Source of the DNA: Octopus vulgaris
Lineage: Eukaryota
DNA: 64,000 nucleotides
Assembly: GCA_951406725.2 (NCBI GenBank)
Contig: OX597834.1
Location: forward strand, 16,368,001-16,432,000
Reading direction: 5' to 3'
Made by a program: the position numbers and the translations under genes. Below the pieces are notes generated by a model. It made no database searches and had not been told where the DNA came from. It saw only the letters and a list, made by a program, of their open reading frames with translations. Of the stretch, positions 38,043-52,190 are shown one piece after another. The first letter of the stretch is position 1, and every line of letters starts with the position of its first letter.

Positions 38043-38267
38043 AACCCTTCAGTGTCTAAACCGGCCATATCTGGCCCAAATATTCTACATGTTTTATATT
38101 CAAACTGGCCATATCCAGCCTCTCACACTTAACCTACATTGACATTCTAAAAATAAACAATCACATCATTGAAACCCCAAAGCTTTAAGAGAATGCCTGA
38201 TTAATTCAAAACAATTTGAGTGAAAAAGTATTACATTTAAAAGAGTAATCTGAACACTAAAGGGTTA
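38043..38267. mobile_element. piggyBac-like MITE (CCCTT...AAGGG|TTAA)
   Basis: Termini taaa-CCCTTcagtgtc and gaacactaAAGGG-ttaa. An inverted, interrupted copy spans 41686-42603; other TTAACCCTT/AAGGGTTAA ends lie near 2149, 7044, 33614, 38422 and 63051. Confidence 0.65.
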
Positions 38268-38459
38268 AAGCAACCAGATCCAGCCTCTCACACCTACCCT
38301 GCAATGTCATTCTAAAAATGAACAATCAGCTCATTGAAATCATGAAGCTATGAGATAATGTATGATTATTTGAAAACAATGTGAATAAATAAGAATTACT
38401 TTTGACAGAGAAATCTTGGTAAAGGGTTAAAGGTGAACAGCAGCAACAACAACAACAAC

Positions 38460-39300
38460 CATTATCATCATCATCATCCCTAACACCATTGCAACCACCA
38501 GAATCACTAGCACTAGAGCCCTCATTACAATGATTGATTATCATCATCATCACCGGCACTAGTAGATATTTCTTCCTCGCTTTCACCAGCATCTTCACAA
38601 TCACCACCACTGTCCCCACCACCACCACCATCACCTTCGCCCTCACCATCGCTACCACCTCTGTCGCCATCATCATCATCATCATCCTCACCATCACCAC
38701 CACAATCATTTTTCCCACTGACACCTCCACTGACACCTCATCCACCACCACCACCACCACCACCACCATCATCATCACTGTCCTCCACTGACACTCCTCC
38801 TCCACCATCATCATTCCCACCGACACCTCCACCACTATCATCATTGTCCTCCACTGACTCCTCCACCACCACCACCACCACCATTCATCATTCCCACTGA
38901 CACCCCCACCACCATCATCACTGTCCTCCACTGACACTCCTCTTCCACCTCCACCAGCACCACCACTACCACCGCAACAAATTCCTCCTCCTCACCTTCA
39001 CTCACACCACATCTCCACAACCACCATCATCCTTATTGCACCCCCACCTCCACCGCCAGCAACAAGCCCCTTCTCCTACACTTCCTTCATCACTCCCACC
39101 ACCACCTCCACCATCACTATGATGATGACCACCACCATCCACACCACTGCTACCAGCAACAACACCACCAAAACCCCGGACTTCTGAAATGAGATTAGAT
39201 CTGGAGAGAAGCAGCTTGTCATCTCCACAATGCCACCTCCGCCACCACCACCACCATCCCCCCGTACCACCCCCACTCCACTCCACTCCACCCACCCCTC
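38460..39300. repeat. Degenerate (CAC/CAT)n low-complexity tract
   Basis: Directly visible. Confidence 0.9.
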
Positions 39301-39509
39301 CACAGTTCCTGTCCACGCTAGTCCAGTCTTCTGTCCACTCCTGACCTGTCTTGTCCTCTACTCTTCCGACCTGTCCTGGCCCGTCCCTTCCTACCCACAA
39401 TCCCATCTTTTTTTATATAATGCTTATCTATCTGATGCAGCAGCAGTAGCAGCAGCAGCAGCGGTAAGGAGCTATTTATATGGAAGATCTGATCCAACAA
39501 CCTGGCTTT

Positions 39510-39657
39510 GGAGGAGGAAGAAGAAGAAGAAGAAGAAGAAGAAGAAGAAGAAGAAGAAGAAGAAGAAGAAGGGGGAAACAAAAAACAACAAAGTAGGAAT
39601 GAAAGAGGAGAGAGAGAGGGAAAGAATGAGAGAAAGAGCGAGAAAGAGAGAAAGACA

Positions 39658-39701
<44 letters not shown>

Positions 39702-39705
39702 AGGA

Positions 39706-39785
<80 letters not shown>

Positions 39786-40070
39786 AGGAAGGAAAGAAAG
39801 AAAGAAAGAGAGAGAGAAAGAATGAAAGAAGGAAAGAAAAATGACAGTGAGAAAGAAAAAATGAAAGAACAAGAATAAAAGAAAAAGAAGGAAAGAAAGA
39901 ACGAAAGAGAACAAGAATGAAAGAGAAAAAGAAAGAAAAGAGGGGAAAGAAAGAATGAGAGAGAGAACAAGAGAGAAAGAAAGAAAGAAAGGAAAAAAAA
40001 GAAAGAAAAGAAAGAAAGGAAAAAGAAACGGAGAAAGAAAAAACAAAGAACAAACAAAAGAGATTTACAA
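39510..40070. repeat. Polypurine tract (GAA)n and (GAAA)n
   Basis: Directly visible; explains ORFs 39230-40194. Confidence 0.95.
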
Positions 40071-40477
40071 AGAAAAATACCGTTAGGTTACTTAATTCCC
40101 CAACAAATGTTCGTTTTGATTTAGCTTCGGTTTTTCTTGTTTTGTTTTGTCTCGTGTTTTTTTTATATTTTATTTTATATTTTCGCAATATCACCTTTTT
40201 TTATTTTATTTATTTTGGCTTATTTTTGTTTGTTTGTTTTGGCTTTTTGTTGGTTTCTTTTTTAGTTCCGAGTTGCTGCTGCATTATACAAAATAGCTTC
40301 ATCCATACCATTCCGAACCAATTCCATTCCATCTGAAGAATTCCACTGTTCTTATTGATCCATTCTTTTTGATATTCGGGGGAAAGCAAAAAGCAAAAAG
40401 CAAAAACTAGCAACAAACGCAAAAGAAGAGGGCAAACAGATAGCTTGACTTTGTTAGGAAATGTTATCACCGTTAAC

Positions 40478-40935
40478 AATCATCATCATCATCATCGTCG
40501 TCGTCATCGTTATCAAGATCATTACCGTTATTATCATCACCACTATTTTCATCATTATAGTCATTATCATGATCGCCATTATCATCATTGCTACCATCAT
40601 CATCATCATCACTACCACTGCTATCATCATCAACATTGCTATCATCATCATCAACATTGCTATCATCATCATAACCACCACCACCACTATCATCATCACT
40701 CATCATCATCAACATTGCTATCATCATCACCACCATCATCATCATCATCATCATCACCATCATCATCACCATCATCATCATCATCATCACCATCATCATC
40801 ACTATCATCATCAACATCGCTATCATCATCATAATCATCACTACTATCATCATCGCTATCATCATCACCATAATTACTATCATCACCACCACCACCACTG
40901 CTATCATCATCATTACTACTGCTATCATCATCAAC
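40478..40935. repeat. (CAT)n microsatellite
   Basis: Directly visible; source of the poly-H/I/M/D ORFs. Confidence 0.95.
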
Positions 40936-41047
40936 ATTTTGCTTTAAACTGGTATTTATTCTATTGGTCTCTTTTGTAAAACTGCTAAGACATAGGGTCA
41001 TAAACACACCAACACCAGTTGTCAAGGACAAACACAGATTCACATAC

Positions 41048-41087
<40 letters not shown>

Positions 41088-41769
41088 TGCAGGTGTAGCT
41101 GTATGGCAAGAAGCTTGCTTCCCAACCACACAGTTCCTGGTTCAGTCCCACTGCGTGGCACCTTGGGCAGGTATCTTCTACTCTAGCCTCGAGTGGCATT
41201 TCATCCACCTTTATGGTCCGAGTTCAAATTCCACCAAGGTTGACTTTACCTTGTGAGTGGATTTAGTAGACGGAAAGTGAAAGAAGCTCATTGTATATAT
41301 CTATATATTAAGTCAACTGAATGGGTGAAAATCTGACGGAGATAGATCATCCGGTGAGTAAGGAGGTTGAGGTAAGTGTCCCAGCTCAATCATCCGGTGA
41401 GTAAGGAGGTTGAGGTAAGTGTCCAAGCTCAGTGAATTCACTTTTGCTTGGGTCATCTTTGCTGAATGTGACCCATATCCTTAAGAGTTACCTACTTTTC
41501 TTCTCCATACACTTTCCAGATCTGCTTGAGATAATCTTGCACAGTAGACCAATGTCCCTTAAAGCCTCTGGGACCAGTTCCCTTTCCTCTGAGGTGGATC
41601 CTCTTCAAACCATTGCTATTGACATCGATTGCTTTTCCTGTTCAATACCCATCCAAAAGAAAAATATCACCATTTTTTAATTCGTTAACCCTTTAATATT
41701 CAGATTATTCTGTCAAATGTAATGCATTTTCATTCACATTTTTAATTAATCTTGCATTAGTTTCTTGCT

Positions 41770-42110
41770 TTGCATTTTGGTTGGATGGCGCTTCCACGAG
41801 AGATTTTGAGCTCTCATAAGGAGGCGAGTGTAGGTTCCATCCAACTGCCTCTCAAGCTTCTTTGATAATGTCCAGGTTTCTGAGCCATATAGTAGAATTG
41901 GTTCGACTGTGGCTTTGAAGATTTCAAGTTTGAAGTCTCTACTTAGATTTGGTGACCAGATATTATGCATGTCATTACAGGCTGACCAGGCCATACCCTT
42001 TCTAGTTAGAAAGTCTTTTCCAGATGATGATATGTATGACCCAAGATATTTGTAATCAGAAACCATATTTAAGGGCGCATTGTTGAGAGTATGGATGATG
42101 CAATCAGGAT
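41770..42110 (-). mobile_element. RTE LINE internal fragment
   Basis: ORF 41746..42066 DYKYLGSYI...AWSAC...ATVEPILLYGSETWTL, the late RT/thumb region of RTE. Confidence 0.9.
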
Positions 42111-42214
42111 CAATAAATTAAGAACCAGTCAAATACTGGGGTCAGTGTAATCGACTAGACCCACCCACCCAAATTTCAGGCCTTGAGCCTTTAGTAGAAA
42201 GGATTATTTTGTTA

Positions 42215-42478
42215 CTTCAAAATTTTGATGATAAGGAATTATGTATATTATTTACATTATTTACATTATTTACATTATTTACATTCGACGGATATTTGTC
42301 CTCATCTTGTTTGTTGTTAACATAATGTTTCGGCTGATACACCCTCCAGCCTTCTTCAGGTGTCTTGGGGAAATTTCGAACCTGGGATCTTATTCCTAAG
42401 ATATTTTTCAATATTATTGATGTTGTTGTTGTTGTTATTGTTCAGGTCACTGCTTGGAATCAAACTCGGAATCTTGAT
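42215..42478 (-). mobile_element. Probable PLE remnant with hammerhead core and (ATTATTTAC)n tract
   Basis: Minus strand CTGAAGA-a-GGCTG-gagggtgtat-CAGCC-GAAAC at 42359-42327. Confidence 0.55.
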
Positions 42479-43079
42479 GATGAGATTGTATATTTTATAG
42501 TGGCATTGAAGGGTATGTGTGATAGGTTGGATCTAGCTGGTCAAAACAGAAAACAGGTAGAGTATTTGATCTGGACATGTCTGGTTTAGATGCTAAAGGG
42601 TTAAACCACCTTTTACATTTCCAAACACTCACACCATCAAGATACACAGTACATAGGGTTTCTCTTGTATGTATTTACAATGTTGCCCTTCTGCAATCTG
42701 TAAGGCATACAATGCCCAATATGTGACTCAGAGCAACCTATGTACACCATGGGCTATAAAGTATGGCAAATGCACACACAGTGTGTGTGTATGTGTGTCC
42801 AGATTGAAATTTGCTTGTTAACTATGTGCTGATTGGTGGATTGCAAGGAGAGCTTTTATTTGTTGGTTTGTAAACTATTTGTCACATGACGTCAGACTAT
42901 TTGCTTGAAAATATAACATTAGTTTTAAGTACCCCTAATTTATACATATATACATACATATAGAGACATAGATACATATACATCAATGTGCGCACACGTA
43001 CATACATACATGCATGCATACATGCACAAATACAGGTACATACAGATTCATGCACACATACTGTGCGTATTTACATACA

Positions 43080-43149
43080 TGAAATATATATATATATATA
43101 TACACATACATGTATTTATATATACATATATGTATTTATATATACATAC

Positions 43150-43183
<34 letters not shown>

Positions 43184-43425
43184 GAATATATATATATACA
43201 TACATGAATTTATATATATATATATATGAATATATATATATATATACATATATGAATATATTTACATTATATATATATATATATATGAATACATTTATAT
43301 ATATACATATATGAATACATTTATATATATATATATATAATACATTTATATATATATATATATATGAATACATTTATATATATATATATATATAATACAT
43401 TTATATATATATATATATATAATAC

Positions 43426-43462
<37 letters not shown>

Positions 43463-43740
43463 CATACATACATATACATATATATATATATACATATATA
43501 TACTCATACATGAATATATTTATACAAATACAGACATACATACATACACACATGTATATATTTATACAAATATAGACATACATACATACACACATGTATA
43601 TATTTATACAAATTATATATATATATATATACATACACATATACATGTATTTATACAAATATATGCATACATGTTGACAAATATATACATATATACATAC
43701 ACACATGTATATAGCCATAGAAATATATGCATATAAACAT
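43080..43740. repeat. (TA)n-rich compound microsatellite
   Basis: Directly visible. Similar large tracts at 49590-50180 and 50665-51030. Confidence 0.95.
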
Positions 43741-44004
43741 ACATGTGTGTGTCTGTGTCTGTGAGCCAAGACTGGAAAAAAAGACACATGATCTTGCAAC
43801 AGCAATGACAGGCTGGGATTTACTCCGTTGACATAATCCTCGGACTTTCCTATAATCCTTATCCTACTGGAGGAGTCTGGTATTTCTGTTAACATTAGAG
43901 AAGCAAGGATGTAGCAAAATGAAACTGATCCGAAGATCAAACAGTCGGAAAGACATTACCATGTCATCTAAATACAGTAACATAAAATGGTCAGGTGCGT
44001 GCAC

Positions 44005-44063
<59 letters not shown>

Positions 44064-46065
44064 TGTGTGCATGAACATCAGAGAGGAAGAGCATGTTAAG
44101 ATATGTATGTTAGTGTGTGTGCGTGTGTATGGGAGGTAGGAAGGAGGGGGAGAAAGAGAGAGAGACAAGTATATCTGGATGCATGTGTGGGTGAGGAGGG
44201 AAGAGGGATAGAGAGAGGAGAAAGACAGAGAGGGAGAGACAGAGAGAAGGAGAGAGACATAGAGAGAGAGGGAGAGACATAGGGAGCGGGAGAGACACAG
44301 AGAGAGGGAGAGACACAGAGAGAGGGAGAGAGACACAGAGAGTGGGAGATACACTGAGAGAGAGACACTGAGACAGCGAGAGAGAAAGAGAGACAGAGAG
44401 ACACAGAGACACAGAGAGAGAGAGACACAGAGAGAGAGAGAGAGACACTGAGAGAGAGAGACAGAGAGACAGAGAGGCAGACAGACAGAGGGCATATCAA
44501 GATCTATGTATGTATGTATAATATATTTGTAAATATTGTATGGGTATACGTATGTATGTGCACATACGTATGAGTGAGAGAGAGAGGGGGGGAGTATGTT
44601 AATAAATGTATGTAAGCGTATATATATATATATATATATGTAAACATGTGTATGTTTAAGCACTGTGAGAGAGAAGATGTTAAGAAAATGTATGTGAATG
44701 TATATATGTAAATCTGTGTGCAATGTATGTTGATGTTGATATTTACAATGAGCTGGTTTGTGTGTATGTATAATAATACTGACGTATGGAATGCATGTGG
44801 TGTGTCGGTGTACATGTATATATATATATATATGGTCTTGTGTGCATAAGTGCATAAGTGCATCTGTACATGAGCATGGATGCACATGCACATGTTTGTG
44901 ACTATGTGCATGTAGTTATAATTCTTTAATCATGTATACATGTATGCAATTACTGAAGCATGTAGTTGTACATGTAGGCACATGTACAAATAAATATCTA
45001 AGCATATCATATGGGTAGTGTGTATGCATGTGTGTGCATGCATGAGCGTGTGTATGTATGCATATATATATATATATATATATAATTACTTGAGTATAGA
45101 ATTATGTCTATGTGTACTCACGTGTACAAATAAATACTCGAGTATGGATGTATCTATTATACCTGTGTGTATGCATGTGTACAAATAAATACCTTAATAT
45201 ATAGTTGTGTGCATGCATCTGCAAATGTACCCTGTATCCAGGTGCGTCTATATACATGCACAAATAAATACTGGAGTAATACTGTGTGTCAGTGTGCATA
45301 TATGCACATAATTACTATATAGTTGTGTGTATACGTATGTGTGCGTATGTATGTATATAACTGTGCATATATATGTATGTAAGTATGTATATATAATTGT
45401 ATGTATGTGTGCATATGTATGTATATAACTGTGCATATATATGTATGTAAGTATGTATATATAATTGTATGTTTGTGTGTATATGTGCGCATGAAATATA
45501 CACATACGTATGTGTGTATGCACATGTACACATAAGCATCTGAGGATACAGTTGTGTCTATGCACATATACACATAATTACTATATAGTTCTATATACGA
45601 ACATTGGTGCACATGCACATGCATGAATAAACACCTGAGCATATAGTTGTGTGTGCATATATGTGCATACAAGCAAATATACATAAAATTACCCAAGCAT
45701 GTAGTTTTATATATGTACATTTTGTGTTTATGCACATGTGCAGATAAATACCGCAGCACACAGGACAGGCTGTGTGTCTGTGCGATTATATAAGTACTTG
45801 CTGGTTAAGATAAGCTGAAATATTTCTTGGAGAACAAATACAGAGCAAAATAAAACTAAAGTGATCCACTATTGGATTCAACCAGGAGAATTCCAGTGGA
45901 TCGATCGAGGAATTATATATTCATTGAATTATCAGTCCTAGGTTTGACATTAAACTGCATCTGGTGGTGAGGCTCCAGCTCAGAAGTTCTGGAGTTGTGG
46001 GGAGCATGGAGTCACCTTTTAATTATCGTTACTCCCAAGTCCATTCTGGCACAGAGCAGTAGTAC

Positions 46066-46480
46066 CTATTTCTTTACTGCCCACAAGGGGCCAAACACAG
46101 AGGGAACAAACAAGGACAGACAAACGGATTAAGTCGATTACATCGACCCCAGTGCATAACTGGTATTTATTTAATCGACCCCGAAAGGATGAAAGGCAAA
46201 GTTGACCTTGGCGGAATTTGAACTCAGAACGTAACGGCAGACGAAATACCTATTTCTTTACTACCCACAAGGGGCTAAACACAGAGGGAACAAACAAGGA
46301 CAGACAAATGGATTAAGTCGATTACATCGACCCCAGTGCATAACTGGTACTTAATTTATCGACCCCAAAAGGATGAAAGGCAAAGTCGACCTCGGCGCAA
46401 TTTGAACTCAGAACGTAACGGCAGACGAAATACAGCTACGCATTTCGCCCAGATTGCTAACGATTCTGCCAGCTCGCCAC
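46066..46480 (-). mobile_element. SINE family B dimer
   Basis: Same junction (gacgaaatac|ctatttcttta) as 14205-14607. A monomer with short TSD actaatac lies at about 47097-47323. Confidence 0.88.
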
Positions 46481-48529
46481 CCTGTCGGGGTCTCATCTAT
46501 GGGGTAAGTAGATTTTCATAAGGGTAGATTGGGCCCGTGAAGGTATGTGACTTAGTAGTTAGAGTACCCAGCTTGCGATCATGAGGTTGGGAGTTCAATT
46601 CTTGGTGAAACATTGTGTCCTTGAGCAAGACTTTTTATTTCACGTTGCTCCAGTCCACTCAGCTGGCAAAAATGAGTAGTACATGTATTTCAAAGAGCCA
46701 ACCTTGTCGCATTTTGTGTCAGGCTGAATCTCCCTGCGAGCTACATTAAGGGTTCACATGTCTGTGCAGTGCTCAGCCACTTGCACAATAATTTCACGAA
46801 CAGGCTGTTCCATTGATCGGATCAACTAGTACCCTCATCACTGTAACCGACGGAGTGCCAGTAAGCTTAATCTAGAGGCAATGTTAAATGACAAATAACC
46901 AAGATACCATGCAGTGAGATCAAACCCACAATCTCATGACTGCAAAGCAGATTCTTCTACTACCTGGTCATGTTGCATCCACACAAATGATGATAGGAAT
47001 AAAACAAACAATCTTGCATTTATGCAGAGCCCATTAGCTCAATCTACCCTTATGAAAACAATCAACCTAGCAGAAGGAAAACCCCAAAACTAATACCTAT
47101 CTCTTTATTACCCACAAGGGGCTAAACACAGAGGGGACAAACAAGGACAGACATAGGTATTAAGTCGATTACAGCGACCCCAGTGCGTAACTGGTACTTA
47201 ATTTATTGACCCCGAAAGGATGAAAGGCAAAGTCGACCTCGGCGGAATTTGAACTCAGAACGTAACAGCAGATGAAATACAGCTACGCATTTCACCCAGA
47301 TTGCTAACGATTCTGCCAGCTCACTAATACTCTCTTCGAACATGCTCTAAGCCAGCATGGAAGAAACTAACGCGAGGTATGTCCACTAACATAGATTCAT
47401 ACTCTGGAGACAACTATCTCGTGTTAGTAAGCATTCTGCCATAGGCAGAGATAGCGGGAAATGATGAATTATCATAAAAGTGGCTGAGTACTCTGTTTGT
47501 ACACTTAACCTTTTTGTGACGATACTTCAGTTGGAATAGACTGCTTATGTTACAGTCAATTTTGAAGATAATGTGTCATCATCATCATCATCGTTTAACG
47601 TCCGTTCTTCATACTAGCATGGGTTGGACGGTTCGACCGGGGATCTGGGAAGCCAGAAGGCTGCTGCACCAGGCTCCAGTCTGATCTGGCAGTGTTTCTA
47701 CGGCTGGATGCCCTTCCTAATACCAACCACTCCGTGAGTGTAGTGGGTGCTTTTTACATGCCACCTGCACAGGTGCCAAGCGAGGCTGGCAAACGGTCAC
47801 GATCGGATTGGTGCATTTTACGTGCCACCGGCACAGAAGCCAGTCAAGGTGGCGCTGGGATCGGTCACGATTCAGATGGTGCTTTTTACGTGCCACCGGC
47901 ACGGGAGCCAGTCCAATGTATGAAATAGTAAAATAACTTTGCTGCTTTTAAGCTGGTGTTTTGAATATAAATTAGCATGAAATTTGGATCGCCTTTAGTC
48001 GATCAAATCGACCCCCCCATGACTTATTCTTTGTAAGACTAGTACATATTTTATCAGTCTCCTTTGCTGAACCACTAAGCTGTGGGAATGTAAACACACC
48101 AGCATCAGTTGTCAAGTGATGGTGGTGGGGGTGACAAACACAGACACATACACACACACAACGGGCTTCTTTCAGTTTCCGTCTACCAAATCCACTCACA
48201 AAGCTTAGTAGAAGACACTTGCCCAAGATGCCACGCAGTGGGACTGAACCCGAAACCATGTAGTTGGTAAGCCAGCTTCTTACCACACAGCCACGCCTGC
48301 ACCTATTAAATTGAGTGAGTGTGTAGGTAGGTAGGTATGTGCATATGTGTACATTTGTCTACTGCCATTAAATATTTCCTTATCAATGAGCTATAATTTA
48401 AATTGCAAACACAATAAAATTGTGTTACAAAAAAAAACAAACATTAATAAATTTATGAAACAAATAGGAAACCTTGTTTGACAAAAAAACAAAAAATTAA
48501 ACACAATTATTTCACATAAACTGTACACG

Positions 48530-49180
48530 TGTGTATGTGTGTGTACGAGTGAGTGTCAGTGTGTCTGTGTGTGTATGTGAATGTGTGAGTGACTGTGTGT
48601 GTGTGTTTTTATGTGAGTGTGTGCGTGTTTATGTGAGTGTGTGTGTGTGATTATGTCTGTGCATGTTTATGTGAGTGTGTGAGTGTTTATGTGTGTGTGT
48701 GCGTGTTTATGTGAGTGTGTGTGTGTGATTATGTCTGTGCATGTTTATGTGAGTGTGTGAGTGTTTATGTAAGTGTGTGTGTTTATGTGAGTGTGTGTGT
48801 GTTTATGTGAGCGTGTGCATGTTTATGTGAGTGTGTGCGTGTTTATGTGTGAGTGTGTGTGATTATGTCTGTGCATGTTTATGTGAGTGTGTGAGTGTTT
48901 ATGTAAGTGTGTGTGTTTATGTGAGTGTGTGTGTGTTTATGTGAGCGTGTGCATGTTTATATGTGTACGTGTTTATATGAGTGTGTACATGCTTATGCAA
49001 GTGTGAGTGTTTATGCGAGTGTGTGCGTGTTTATGTGTGTGCATGTTTATGCGAGTGTGTGAGTGTTCATGCAGTGTGTGCATCTACTGTGAGTGTGTGC
49101 ATGTTTGTGTGTAAGTGTGTCCTACATGTTTAAGTGTATGCATGTGTGCATGCATGTCTGTGTGTGTGTGTGTGTATTGT
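48530..49180. repeat. GT-rich minisatellite (GTTTATGTGAGTGTGT-like)
   Basis: Directly visible tandem units. Confidence 0.9.
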
Positions 49181-49675
49181 TTAAGTTGTTGTTGTTGGAG
49201 CGGGTACTTTATATTTATTATTTATTGGAAAGAGAGTAAAATTATTTCATTGTTAAACTGAAAGCATTCGTTGTTTTGCTTTTTTTCCTTCTTGTATACA
49301 CACATGCATCTACGCATGTGGGTGTATATCATGCAGGTGTATGTGAGTATGAACATTTTCATTCAACGACAACAACAACAACAACAATAATTCTATTTCA
49401 GAATTTCGAAAATAATGTATGTGTAGGAGGGGAGGGGTGCATGGGGGCATGGGGGAGGGGTACGTGGTGTGTTCGCATGTGAATATACACTCATACATGT
49501 GCATTTGTATCCGTATGTTATGTATGCATGCATAGATCTATACAAAATGTGTGCATGTAAGCATGTGTATGAATCTATGTATTTATGTATGTGTATATAT
49601 ATATATATATATATATACATATTTATATACACATACAGGCTTAAGAACTGTTGTATGAGTATGTGTGTGTATGTA

Positions 49676-49715
<40 letters not shown>

Positions 49716-49807
49716 TAGGTAGATAGATAGATAGATATAAACAGATATATACATACACCCAAGAACTGTTGTATGAGTATATGAATGTGCATATAAGTAT
49801 GTATGTA

Positions 49808-49887
<80 letters not shown>

Positions 49888-49960
49888 GAATATATATGTA
49901 TATATATATATGTATATATATATATGTATATATATATATATGTATATATATATATGTATA

Positions 49961-50063
<103 letters not shown>

Positions 50064-50064
50064 A

Positions 50065-50113
<49 letters not shown>

Positions 50114-51467
50114 CATATATATATATATGTAGGTATATATGTAGGTATATACATATATATATATATATATATATGAACATGTATGTGCATGTATAAAAGG
50201 AAATGGGGGGGGAGAAAGAGAAAAGGGAAGAGATAATAAACAAAACACGGGGAGTAAATTAGTAAAAGAAAAAATTTCTTGAAAAAAAAAAAAACCCAGA
50301 AATCAAGCAAAAAAAATGTTTCAGAACGACAAATATAACTGAATTTTATGCAACAACTGTTACATAATTTTCTCACAAGACAAAACTAGAATTTCTCCTC
50401 CAATAGCTTCCAGCAAGACAGTAATTATATGTTGAAGGTTTTCTGGTAAAAAAAAAATAAATAAATAAATTCTATAGTACTCTTTTCTCTTATTACCACC
50501 ACCACCCCATCCCACCCGCACATATCCAACCCCCCACCCTGCTCTTCCCTTTGTTGTTGTTGTTGTTGACGATGTTTATATCTGAAATGCTTTTCTCTTT
50601 TATTGGAACGCTTCTTCCAATAATGGTTCATTCTATAACGTTGAGTATTACACTTTACACAAAGTCAGACACACACACACACACACATAAACATACACAC
50701 ACACACACACACACACAAACATATATACACACACACACACACAAACATATATATACACACACACACACACACATACACACACACACAAACATATATATAC
50801 ACACATACAAACATACATGCACACGCATATAGATACACACACATATATATACATACAAACATACATATATATATATACACATACACAAACATATACACAC
50901 ACACCCACACATATATAAACACACACAAACATATATATACACACACACATATACATACACACAAACATATGCACACATATATACATACACACACATACAC
51001 AAACACACACACACACACACAAACACATACTGTATATTATAGCATGTTCATTGCAGTAACGTTGTCATGGAAAAGAAAAAAAGCCCATTGCCACTTGCTT
51101 CCTTAGGCAAGACTCTCATGTACTGAGTTGAGTGCCGGTACACAAACTTTGCCAAGTGAATGTCTTGTCACCGATGTATACAAATGCTGTGATCATCATC
51201 ATCATCATCGTTTTAATGTTCACTTCTCTATGCTTGTAGGAGTGGGATGGAATTTTATTGAGGCAGGATTTCCTACAAGCCAGGATGCCCTTCCTGTCAC
51301 CAACTCTCACTTGTTTCTGGGTAAAGGTAGTATTTCCCAAAGCCAAACATGGTTTCGCAGAAAATCTGATAAGAAACTCTGCTTGTATAACAGTGGCACT
51401 TGTTTACAAGCATCATGCAATGTCAAGACAAAGACACACACACATATGTGTGTGTGTGTGTATGGGT

Positions 51468-51498
<31 letters not shown>

Positions 51499-52147
51499 AT
51501 GTGTGTGTGTATATACAACAGTTTTCTTTCAGTTTCTGTCTAACCAAATCCACTGACAAGGTTTTGGTCAACCCAGGGCTGTAGCAGAAGAAACTTGCCC
51601 AAAGTGCCACACGGTGAGACTGAACTTAAAACCATATGGGTGGGAAGCAAACTTCTTAACCACACAGCCATGCCTTTGAGGGGGATTTGGCTTCTACTTC
51701 TAGCAAGTCAAGCAAATGCAAACAATCTCCCATTTTTGTTCACTGCAAGTCATTTTGTCTGCTGCTCTATTTGTCCATCCATGGGACCTCTTATAGGTTA
51801 AGTGCTACTTACTGAGGTATTGAACTTCAAGGAAGGGAAGCAGTTGATTAGATATCCCCCAATACACAACTGGTACCTATGTAATTGACCCTCAATCGAC
51901 TCCCACACTCACAGAATTATGAAATGCGAAGTCAAAGACCCCGGGATCTGAACCCAGAACAGTGGGTGTGTGGTAACAGACAACAGCATGGTTGCATGGT
52001 AAGTAGCTTACTTCCCAACCACAAGGTTCCAGGTTCAATCCCACTGCGTGGCACCTTGGGCAAGTGTCTTCTAATATGGCCTCGGGCCAACCAAAGGATC
52101 CAGTGGACTTAGTAGACAAAAACTGAAAGATGGCCATCACATATACG

Positions 52148-52190
<43 letters not shown>

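Noticed and set aside
38326-41208. Poly-H/E/K/D/M ORFs
   Set aside because: Tri- and tetranucleotide microsatellite artefacts with no domain content.
47408-47425. Plus-strand peptide RQLSRV, identical to the start of the missing TAK1 exon
   Set aside because: Wrong strand, the match stops after 6 aa (no HxNIVxLYG) and there are no fitting splice sites; best explained by chance.
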